Shown here in pieces: positions 18,985-26,601 of a DNA stretch of 64,000 nt. The notes beneath the pieces are model-generated. The model searched no databases and had not been told where the DNA came from. It saw only the letters and a list, made by a program, of their open reading frames with translations. Source of the DNA: Candidatus Kerfeldbacteria bacterium (GTDB taxonomy: Bacteria > Patescibacteriota > Patescibacteriia > SBBC01); the NCBI GenBank assembly GCA_016207275.1, contig JACQPY010000007.1:10265-74264 (forward strand), in the 5' to 3' direction. The position numbers and the translations under genes were made by a program. Numbering within the stretch: the first letter of the stretch is position 1; every line of letters begins with the position of its first letter.

Positions 18985-19047
18985 TGCCTCTCCTCGCACG
19001 CGAGGAGAGGCATCCTCAAAAACGCCTCTCCTCTTCGAGGAGAGGCT
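18985..19047. repeat. Tandem GC-rich hairpins (GCCTCTCCTC-N4-GAGGAGAGGC, twice) at a gene end; a palindromic element family member or terminator
   Basis: gcctctcctcgcacgcgaggagaggc and gcctctcctcttcgaggagaggc sit directly after the stop at 18983. Confidence 0.6.
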
Positions 19048-19129
19048 CGGTGAGGAGGTGCTACAATACCACCATGACCATCCCGGCCATCGAGACCACC
19101 AGCGATGAGATTGCTTCAAAACTGCCCGT

Positions 19130-19693
19130 TCACATCATTCCTGCGTAGTTCGATCTCTTAAAATCTTCGTAGTGTGGCGAGTAGATTGACCAGGGGAAAA
19201 CCGCCTCACCCAGTTCAACAAAAAAATCAATGTTCTCTTTTTGCTTTGGATGCACGATCATTGCGGCAGTTTTGATGTTCTCTTTCCTCGCGCCCATCTG
19301 CAGTAAGTGATTCTTCGCCACATCTATGGTTTTTGATAAGACAACATCGTCATCAACCAGCAGCACCTTTTGCTCGCTACCGATTTGCTGAGCTAAAGGT
19401 TCATGAATAAATGGTTGAGAGAATAGGTAGTAAAGATCCTCAAGCGCGCTGTAGAGAAACCTGAAGCGTCTAAATTTTTCTGGCATTCTCGGAATTATTG
19501 TTGACAACCGACATTTGACGCTCATTGGGCTATATGGTACGCCGAGAACTTTGGCAAGGTGGGTTCCGACGAGATGACCGCCGTATTTTATTCCGACCAC
19601 GAGATCTGGTCGATACGCGCTCTGTTGTATCCGTTTTCCGAGCCTTGCTGACTTTTCTGCAATTTCCTGAACTGTCCAAAAAGACTTTGTCAT
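19130..19693 (-). CDS. Phosphoribosyltransferase-family protein
   Basis: PRTase PRPP-binding loop KVLLVDDDVVLSKT. Confidence 0.55.
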   Translation of the reverse strand: MTKSFWTVQEIAEKSARLGKRIQQSAYRPDLVVGIKYGGHLVGTHLAKVLGVPYSPMSVKCRLSTIIPRMPEKFRRFRFLYSALEDLYYLFSQPFIHEPLAQQIGSEQKVLLVDDDVVLSKTIDVAKNHLLQMGARKENIKTAAMIVHPKQKENIDFFVELGEAVFPWSIYSPHYEDFKRSNYAGMM

Positions 19694-19730
19694 GTCAGTA
19701 TTGTAGTGAAAAACATATCAATAGGGCAGT

Positions 19731-20765
19731 ATGACTATTCTAGCAATAGAAACTTCCTGTGACGAAACCTCGGCTGCGGTCATTAAAAGAGACGGCGCGA
19801 TTGCTCGAATCCGCTCAAACATCGTGGCCTCGCAAGTGAAGCTTCACGCCAAGACCGGCGGGGTTGTGCCGGAAGTCGCCGCGCGGGAGCACATCAAACC
19901 GATCATTCCCACCATTGAACGTGCCTTAGCCAAAGCCAAAACTACGGTGCACAACGTTGATGCCCTAGCCGTCACCCTTGGCCCAGGTCTGCACACGGCA
20001 CTTTCGGTTGGCGTGGAAACGGCCAAAGCGCTATCGTACACGCTCGGTCTGCCGCTCATGCCCATCAACCACCTGCACGGCCACATTGCCTCAAACTGGA
20101 ACGCTCGCGCGCCAAAACTTCCAGCCCTCTGCCTGATTGTCTCCGGCGGACACACTGAACTGGTGCTGATTGACCGACGGCGCCGTATCAAGTTACTCGG
20201 CGCCACCCGTGACGATGCAGCCGGCGAAGCCTTTGACAAAGTCGCCCAGCTCTTACGGCTCGGCTACCCGGGCGGGCCAATCATCAGCCAGCTCGCGCAA
20301 CGCGGCAATCCTCGGGCCTTTGACCTGCCGCGGCCAATGCTCGAACACAAAAACTTTGATTTCAGTTTTTCCGGATTGAAAACCGCAGTTCGGTATCTTA
20401 TTGAAAAGAGTCCCCTCCTGCCCGAGGAGGGGACGCGGCGAGGCCGCGGGGAGGTGGGAGACCTTTGCGCCTCATTCCAGCAAGCAATCGTCGATGTGCT
20501 CGTGGCAAAAACTGTTCGCGCGGCAAAACTACACAAGCCCAAAGAAGTGCTGCTGGCCGGCGGCGTGGCCGCAAATACAGAACTTCGGCGGCGGCTGGCG
20601 GGTGAGATCCATAAGCTTAGTTGGAAACCATCATACCACCAGCCGCCGCTTGCGCTTTGCACGGACAACGCCGGCATGATCGGGTTGGCGGCGGCATACT
20701 TCAAAATCCCAATCAAAGCAGACGCCTGGAAAACAGTGGATATCCGACCAACGGTTGTTGTATAA
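19731..20765 (+). CDS. tsaD: tRNA N6-adenosine threonylcarbamoyltransferase TsaD (Kae1/Gcp)
   Basis: MTILAIETSCDETSAAV, HLHGH, and a GGVAAN C-terminal. It contains an in-frame palindromic element at 20409-20459. Confidence 0.9.
   Translation: MTILAIETSCDETSAAVIKRDGAIARIRSNIVASQVKLHAKTGGVVPEVAAREHIKPIIPTIERALAKAKTTVHNVDALAVTLGPGLHTALSVGVETAKALSYTLGLPLMPINHLHGHIASNWNARAPKLPALCLIVSGGHTELVLIDRRRRIKLLGATRDDAAGEAFDKVAQLLRLGYPGGPIISQLAQRGNPRAFDLPRPMLEHKNFDFSFSGLKTAVRYLIEKSPLLPEEGTRRGRGEVGDLCASFQQAIVDVLVAKTVRAAKLHKPKEVLLAGGVAANTELRRRLAGEIHKLSWKPSYHQPPLALCTDNAGMIGLAAAYFKIPIKADAWKTVDIRPTVVV
20409..20459. repeat. Palindromic element inserted in-frame in tsaD (GTCCCCTCCTgcccgAGGAGGGGAC plus a GCGGcgagGCCGC hairpin and a GGGGAGGTGGGAG tail)
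   Basis: The 21-nt core cccctcctgcccgaggagggg differs by 1 nt from the intergenic copy at 26401-26422. It encodes SPLLPEEGTRRGRGEVG in a variable TsaD loop. Confidence 0.7.
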
Positions 20766-20771
20766 AAACTT

Positions 20772-20806
20772 CGGCCGCCCTCTCGATTCACTGAGAGAGC
20801 GGCCGT
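20772..20806. terminator. Bidirectional hairpin terminator between converging tsaD and 20833..21414
   Basis: cggccgccctctc-gattcactga-gagagcggccg. Confidence 0.45.
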
Positions 20807-20832
20807 CTTGCTACTGCAACGATCTGATCCTC

Positions 20833-21414
20833 CTACTTTGGCGGAGATGGAATGGGGTAGTCATCGCCCATTTCCAGCTGCGGCGCGCTGGCTGGCTGCA
20901 GCCTGATCGTCACCAGTTGCAGCCCCGGACTCCAGTGGATGCGACGAGTCTTGACGTCGACCCCGCTGTGTCCGGCGGCGGACAGCACCTCCTTCAGTCG
21001 GACCGCGATAGCCTGCGGGTCTGGCACGCCGTCGAAGATCCGATTTGATTCGATGGTCAGCGAGGCTTGCTGCGTGGCCCGGTACTCCTCAACTGCCGGT
21101 CGCAGGTCACGAGGAGTGATCTGTTCGAGCGGCTTTCGGACGGTGAGAATCTTGATCCACACCTCGACCGTCACCTCGCACCACCGATCGAGCAGCTCTT
21201 CAGTGCCCAGTACCCTGGTGCCGACTCTCAAACCGCCCTTTCTGCGAAGGGCGCGTCGCTCGATCAGCGACTTGACTTCGTCACCTTCCTTGCCCCGATT
21301 GACCCGAACGAGGCAGTGGGCAACTCCTCGATGATCGTCGTCCCTCAGAATCTTGTCGAGAAAGTTGTCGAACTGAATTCCGCTGCCGTTTGGCTTGATG
21401 CTGGCTTCGACCAC
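20833..21414 (-). CDS. Hypothetical protein, immediately downstream of the Cas4-like nuclease on the same strand
   Basis: 193-aa ORF lying 36 nt after the nuclease gene. No recognisable motif. Confidence 0.4.
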   Translation of the reverse strand: MVEASIKPNGSGIQFDNFLDKILRDDDHRGVAHCLVRVNRGKEGDEVKSLIERRALRRKGGLRVGTRVLGTEELLDRWCEVTVEVWIKILTVRKPLEQITPRDLRPAVEEYRATQQASLTIESNRIFDGVPDPQAIAVRLKEVLSAAGHSGVDVKTRRIHWSPGLQLVTIRLQPASAPQLEMGDDYPIPSPPK

Positions 21415-21450
21415 GGTTCCCTCCTGTACTTGGTCGGTCCGTCATTGGGT

Positions 21451-22689
21451 TTAACTCACTCTTCGCTTCCTGACGCGAATCCGAGGCAGACTGACGCGCG
21501 GAGCGATGAGCTCTTCCAGGGAAATTTGGACTGGAAGCACCAGCCTGACGAGCTGCTCGTACTCTGCTGCGCGAGCAACGACTTGTGGTTCCTGGGTGAC
21601 CGGGATGACTAGCTGTGAAGGCACCAGTTTCACCTTCTCCAGCCGGTGACGCTCAGCAAATGCTTGGCGAGCGGTTGGCCGCTGACCCAGCTCCCATTCA
21701 CGGCACTGCCTAAACGCCCGGCAGTACCGGCAATGATTCCCGCGCGGGAACAGGGGAGTGATGTCGCCGGTTTCGATGTCTCTCAGTTTCTCGCTGGGTA
21801 GTGTACTGGCTAAGTCAGTCGGCGGACGTCGTCCGAACAACACCCCGTCGAAGTAGGCTTGCTTCTGCCGCAGCTTAAGGTACAGATGCCCAATCTCCCG
21901 GGGAGTGCGGAGCGGCGCGGCTTGGAAGGCGTTCCGACGGTAGTTGTAGATGAACATTCCTCGCAGCGGCGGCTGGCCGGGAATCTTTCCGCGCGCCCGC
22001 AGGTAGTGGTAAGCCAGTTGGTAGAACGTCAGCTGCGTCCCGCTGGCCAAGACCGGGTAGTCGAGCCAGCGATCCTTGTAGTCAACGATCCAGGCGCCGC
22101 TAGGTTGAATGGCAATCCGGTCGATCACGCCATTCAGCTTGAGGCCGTGCCAGTCCAGTCCGTTGAACCGGACTTCGAGCAGATTGATCGTACCGTCGCC
22201 CCGACGTCGGACGTGCCGCTCGTGGAACTTCGTCAGGATCTCGTTACCCTGTTCAAAGAGAACGCCTGGCTGGGCCAAGTACTCCCAGGCAACCTCAACC
22301 GGCTGATTCGGCGGTTTGCGCTGCCGGTTTATCCAGCTGTCGAACTTCTCGAGCGAGTTGAAGGGATTGCGCGGGTTACTGGCAAGGATTCGTCCATCAG
22401 GCATGGTTCGCATGTCGCCGACCGCTCCCCACCATAACCCTCTCCACGCCCCCAAGAAGTCCTTCAGTTGTTCGAACGGATAACGGCCAGTTGACCGATG
22501 CGACGTCAGGAACCGCTGGAACATGTAGTGGTGCGAAATCCCCCAGACTCCCAGCGGAGGCTCCGGGCCGGGCTCCGGAATGATAACTTCCCAGAAGTAG
22601 CGGGCATCGCAAGCGACCGCCGTATCGAAGCCGGTCGCTGACCACATCTTCGAGACGTTGCGGGGATTTCTTGGTCGGTGTCTTTGCAC
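21451..22689 (-). CDS. Cas4/AddB-type PD-(D/E)XK nuclease with a probable 4Fe-4S cluster (DUF83-like), standalone
   Basis: N-terminal Cys (VACDARYF). Nuclease motifs GVIDRIAIQPSGAWIVDYKDRW (D...D...ExK-like DYK). C-terminal C-x2-C-x5-C (CRYCRAFRQC). Confidence 0.6.
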   Translation of the reverse strand: MQRHRPRNPRNVSKMWSATGFDTAVACDARYFWEVIIPEPGPEPPLGVWGISHHYMFQRFLTSHRSTGRYPFEQLKDFLGAWRGLWWGAVGDMRTMPDGRILASNPRNPFNSLEKFDSWINRQRKPPNQPVEVAWEYLAQPGVLFEQGNEILTKFHERHVRRRGDGTINLLEVRFNGLDWHGLKLNGVIDRIAIQPSGAWIVDYKDRWLDYPVLASGTQLTFYQLAYHYLRARGKIPGQPPLRGMFIYNYRRNAFQAAPLRTPREIGHLYLKLRQKQAYFDGVLFGRRPPTDLASTLPSEKLRDIETGDITPLFPRGNHCRYCRAFRQCREWELGQRPTARQAFAERHRLEKVKLVPSQLVIPVTQEPQVVARAAEYEQLVRLVLPVQISLEELIAPRVSLPRIRVRKRRVS

Positions 22690-22707
22690 AATCTCACCTC
22701 CTTGTGG

Positions 22708-23982
22708 TCACTGCATCTGCAGCGCCGCCACGACCTTGCGCCGGTCAAGGGACTGTACCCGGCCGGCGAGAACGACGTTCATTGTCTCCTGCCGGAGAAT
22801 CCGACGGGCCATATACTGAACGCGCGAGGACGCGGTAATGCGGTGCAAGCGGCGTTGGTATGAAGTGCTGCTAACCGGCATTCCCGTGACCAGCACTTGT
22901 TCTGCCAGGAACCCGGCCAATTTGAGTGGACGGGTGTCGCGCAGTTGAGCGTGGTGATCGAGTGACTCGTATGCCGAGGTTAGGTCTTCCTCGGATAATG
23001 GCTTGTCTCGCAACAACCGAAGCTCTTCGGCGATGATGCGCAGCACGCTGACCACGGACTCGGGGCGGCAAGAGGTGATGACCGTCAAGTCACCTTCCTG
23101 CCCGTAGTTCCAGAGTTGCGAGTCAGCCTGGTAGACAAGACCTTCCCCGACGCGCAACCGTTGACGAAGTCGGGCGCTTTTTCGGATTGGCGAGCCGAGG
23201 TGATTGTTGATGAGAGACAAGAGCAGGCGTCGGCGGTCGCCGAACCCGAACGGAATCGGAAAGCCGACGCCGACTTGGACTCGCTCATCAGGCCAAGTGA
23301 TCATCCGCAACCGCAACCGCGATTGGGTGACGTGAAACGGCTCGGACTTGAGCGTCGGGTTGCTCATCAGTCGGCCGAAACGCCGTTCGAGCAGCGGGCG
23401 AACCTCGCCCGGATCGAAGGCCCCGCCGGCGACAATCACCACCGCGTCATGCATGAGCGTGGCGTGCCAGCGTCGGACCATCTCCGGTGTCATCGTCCTT
23501 AAGGCGTTCGCCCGGCCGTAAATGCTTCGACCTAACGCGTGTCCGTGGAAGACTGTCTCCTCCAGCACGTCGGCCAACCGCTCGTCCGGTATTTCCCGAT
23601 TCTCGAATTCCTCCTCCAGGATCGGATTGACGATACGCTGCAGCGTCGTTTTGGTGAACCGCGGGTACAGGACCTGGTCAATCGCCAACTGGACCGACTC
23701 CGCGGCCTTTGACGGACGCGAACGGAAGGAAGCTAAAAGCGCCTCTTGACCAGTTTCGATGAAGTCCGTGTGGACACAATCGGCCGCCCGCGCGAACGCC
23801 AGCGTATCTGGAAATCGTCGACACTCTTCATCAACGAAGTGGTCGATCAGATGCGTTACCCCGAGCAGCTGGTTCGGCTCATACCGTCCGCCGCGGAAGG
23901 CGATACAGAGCGCGAACTCATCGGCCCCCGCATTCGGCACCAGCAGGCACCGGACATGGTTGCGGAATTGCTCCACCTGCAT
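22708..23982 (-). CDS. M16 (pitrilysin)-family protein with a non-canonical HxxDH in place of HxxEH
   Basis: GVTHLIDHFVDE at the zinc-motif position. SD GGGGGAGG lies before MQVEQ (start 23982). M16 two-domain length. Confidence 0.5.
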   Translation of the reverse strand: MQVEQFRNHVRCLLVPNAGADEFALCIAFRGGRYEPNQLLGVTHLIDHFVDEECRRFPDTLAFARAADCVHTDFIETGQEALLASFRSRPSKAAESVQLAIDQVLYPRFTKTTLQRIVNPILEEEFENREIPDERLADVLEETVFHGHALGRSIYGRANALRTMTPEMVRRWHATLMHDAVVIVAGGAFDPGEVRPLLERRFGRLMSNPTLKSEPFHVTQSRLRLRMITWPDERVQVGVGFPIPFGFGDRRRLLLSLINNHLGSPIRKSARLRQRLRVGEGLVYQADSQLWNYGQEGDLTVITSCRPESVVSVLRIIAEELRLLRDKPLSEEDLTSAYESLDHHAQLRDTRPLKLAGFLAEQVLVTGMPVSSTSYQRRLHRITASSRVQYMARRILRQETMNVVLAGRVQSLDRRKVVAALQMQ

Positions 23983-24105
23983 GTGCCACCTCCCCCGTGA
24001 GTAACGAAATGTCAACCATCAGGCAGCTCAACAACAGGACAGTCTTACCAGATTCGTCCGAGCCTGACAAGGGCCTTGTCAACTGCCGACGTTTCGCTTT
24101 TCTTA

Positions 24106-24155
24106 AAACTAAATACCGGTCGCTCCGTCTCTTGTTCTAGAAAGGAACAGGAACG
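24106..24155. other. Long, near-perfect 50-nt stem-loop: CCGGTCGCTCCGT..TGTTCtagaaagGAACA..ACGGAGCGACCGG
   Basis: A 13-bp perfect outer stem plus a nested 5-6 bp inner stem. Intergenic, in a lower-GC patch between the M16-like gene and the DEDD exonuclease gene. Confidence 0.55.
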
Positions 24156-24382
24156 GAGCGACCGGCTTGAAAGAAGTGCAATCCATTATGCGCCCGTACT
24201 TCGGTGCAAAAACCTCGTGGCCGGATTGGACTGCTAGTCCTCGTCTTCGAGAAGCTTCAGCAGCCGAGCTTACTCATCAGGGCGAAAGATCTACGGCGAG
24301 CCGATGAACTGATGCGGCAGGGCTCGCCTCCTTATGCGTAGAGTTTGCCGCCGTTGTTAGAGCGTGGGGGGTGACGTTTTCC

Positions 24383-24988
24383 CTAGAACGTCATTCGCTG
24401 GTCAAGAATCTGATAGACCTGGTGTTCATACCGGGCGCCGTTCAGTCCGCGGTGCGGTTTTGACTCCTCGCCCAATCCGAGGAAAGCGCCAATCGAGGAG
24501 AGTGAAAGTGAGGTGATCCTGCCAGCCAGGAAATCGGGCTTGAGCGCCTCACTAGCAACTGACATCAGGCAATGCCAGTGGTAGTCGCCTTTCCATTTGA
24601 CGCCACCGCGTTGGAAGTAGCGATCCAGCCACCAGAATTCGAAGCTCGCATTGTACGCCCACGGGACGCAGTTGACGGCGAAATCGTTCAAACGTCGGAC
24701 TGCTTCCTCAGCCGGCAAAGCGTCAACCCAGTCCGCAAAGGTGAAGCCGTTGTACCCATTGAAGGAGAGTTCTGCCTCGGACTTCCCGAGGGGATTCGTA
24801 ACCTCGAACTTCAGGTCGAGTTCTCCGAGAACCTCCAGGTTGCGCGGATCGACCTTGACCAGACCGACCTCGCAGATCTCTCCGCCGTCCTCGAAACCCG
24901 TGCCGGTTGTCTCAACGTCCATGAAGAGCTTCGGAAGAAGATGAAAGTTCACCGTCCCAATCGGGCGATCCCTGTTAAGCAATCCCAT
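24383..24988 (-). CDS. DEDD-family 3'-5' exonuclease (DnaQ/RNase T-like)
   Basis: Exo I FMDVETTG. Exo II AYNASFEFWWL (HNAsFD-like). Exo III YQILD (Y-x3-D). Confidence 0.55.
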   Translation of the reverse strand: MGLLNRDRPIGTVNFHLLPKLFMDVETTGTGFEDGGEICEVGLVKVDPRNLEVLGELDLKFEVTNPLGKSEAELSFNGYNGFTFADWVDALPAEEAVRRLNDFAVNCVPWAYNASFEFWWLDRYFQRGGVKWKGDYHWHCLMSVASEALKPDFLAGRITSLSLSSIGAFLGLGEESKPHRGLNGARYEHQVYQILDQRMTF

Positions 24989-25242
24989 GCTCGTTCCTCC
25001 TTAGAAGTCAAGGTGCGATTCTATTACCAGACCGCAAAAATCTTATGCTCAGCCGAAAAAAATGTCAACGGCCAGCTATCGACCGGTGAAGCGCTCCACG
25101 GCCTTACGGCCGTGGCTTCGGCCCTTTCGGTTTTCGGAGCGCGGAACCCCGCATCCGTCCCGCCAACGGCGAGACTGGTGCGTGGGTAATAGAAAGCCGC
25201 TCCCATTCCGAAGGAAGAGAGCGGCCGCACTTCGCACACGAA

Positions 25243-25965
25243 CTACTTCGACTCCATCTCATTCCCGCAGTTCAGGCACTTGAACAACGATCCACTGCGG
25301 ACGGTCTGATGCCCGCACACATCGCAGAGCGGGAGCGCGCCGCTAGCCGATGGCGCAGCCGCCACCTCTGGCTGCGGCTCGATCCGCACGTCGATCCGGC
25401 ACTTGCCGCCGGGCTCGAGCGGCCAATCCTGCCGAATTACCCCGATCGCGCAGCCGGTTACTCCCGAAATCCTCAGCTTCTCAACGAGAAGAACCTGTAC
25501 TTCTCCTCGTCCGTACGCACGTTCGCTCGGTTTGTCATCGTACGTGTAGATCGCTGTGAACCCCCGACCCCGCTTCACCATCTCGAGGAGGCGCGGGAAT
25601 CCGCTGCCATTGGGAAAGTGTCTCAGCGCTTCGGTAAAGTGGATGACATCGCTCTCGAGCGTGACATGAACATCGACGTCGCGCCACAGTGGATCGATCG
25701 GCCGACCGACTGCCAGAGTGTGAGTCTGAACGTAGTCCACATCCCTCGGGATCGCGTCCAGCTCGAACAGTCTGATCCGGCTGATGAGCGTCTGGACTGA
25801 GACATTGACCGCCTCATCCATGCCCGCTTCCTGCTTTGGCTTGACGGTCGTCTTGAAGGCAATCCTGATGCTGCCGCTCTTCTGTAGCAGCTCGACCAGC
25901 CGCTTCACTTCGTGAACGTGCGTGTTGCTTTCGTTCCCGCCCAGCGTGAAAACTTCGGTTGTCAT
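25243..25965 (-). CDS. Hypothetical protein with an N-terminal PP-loop-like motif and a C-terminal CxxC...CxxC zinc ribbon; weak QueC-like resemblance
   Basis: SD GGAGGGG lies 7 nt before MTTEVFTLGGNESNT, which resembles SGGxDS with L/E substitutions. C-terminal CDVCGHQ-x13-CLNCG. The longer ORF-track start lacks an SD. Confidence 0.45.
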   Translation of the reverse strand: MTTEVFTLGGNESNTHVHEVKRLVELLQKSGSIRIAFKTTVKPKQEAGMDEAVNVSVQTLISRIRLFELDAIPRDVDYVQTHTLAVGRPIDPLWRDVDVHVTLESDVIHFTEALRHFPNGSGFPRLLEMVKRGRGFTAIYTYDDKPSERAYGRGEVQVLLVEKLRISGVTGCAIGVIRQDWPLEPGGKCRIDVRIEPQPEVAAAPSASGALPLCDVCGHQTVRSGSLFKCLNCGNEMESK

Positions 25966-26136
25966 CGAACACCCCTCCATCCACCGCTTTACCGCGGGGT
26001 CCCGCCAAAGGCGGTGACAAGTCCATGCCAGCCTGTCGGCAGCCGCCTGTTTGGCGACCATCACGACCAGCGCCTGCGTCACGAACCTGACCACGCATTC
26101 TTGCATGAAACCCCTGATTTGTCAATCCCAAACCTC

Positions 26137-26150
26137 CCCTCCTGCCCGAC
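26137..26150. repeat. Half-copy (left arm) of the CCCCTCCTgcccga palindromic element
   Basis: cccctcctgcccga is identical to the left arm of the tsaD copy but lacks the right arm. It is followed by a ctcggcatcgag x2 direct repeat. Confidence 0.5.
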
Positions 26151-26321
26151 CTCTCGGCCCTGCCTCGGCATCGAGGGCTCGGCATCGAGATGAGCTCGTC
26201 GTTCGAGACCCTGAGGGGTCCTCAGACCCTGAACGGGAGGCCGAAGGGGGAGGGGTGCCCGAAGCGAGGGGTGGTGGGAGCGTCAAACCTTGACCCCGAC
26301 GCCGACTCGCGTTACTGTGCA

Positions 26322-26601
26322 CATGCGTCAATACCTCGGACCTATGTCACCGAGGAAGCAGGGGAAGAACGTTTTGCAAAGCAACGGCGCGGGTTTCATC
26401 TCCCCTCCTGTCCGAGGAGGGGTCGGGGGAGGAGGAAGAACCCGCGCACCGCCAGCAGAATCAGTAAAACCCCATCAATGAGTGTCTCACGAGACCTTGA
26501 AACGAGTTCAGGGTGACAGCGAGAAACCCGGGTGGTACCTCCCCTGAGCACAGTCGAAGGGGACCTGGGCGCCGATCAGGCGTTCGCTTTACTTTTCACT
26601 C
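26322..26601 (+). promoter_or_regulatory. Candidate T-box-like leader of valS (Val specifier GUC in a short hairpin loop; GGGUGGUACC T-box core)
   Basis: Promoter-like TTGACC-N17-TACTGT at 26290-26318. Hairpin CCTCGG-acctatGTCA-CCGAGG at 26334-26355 carries a GUC+A. GGGTGGTACC at 26529-26539 matches the T-box core AGGGUGGNACC. The hairpin TCCCCT..AGGGGA follows. Confidence 0.3.
26401..26422. repeat. Intergenic copy of the palindromic element CCCCTCCTgtccGAGGAGGGG
   Basis: One mismatch to the tsaD in-frame copy. Followed by a G-rich tail. Confidence 0.65.

Noticed and set aside
26190-26516. 108-aa and other small ORFs in the valS upstream region
   Set aside because: The region is better explained as a structured leader (T-box-like) plus a palindromic element. 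These ORFs have no SD and low complexity.
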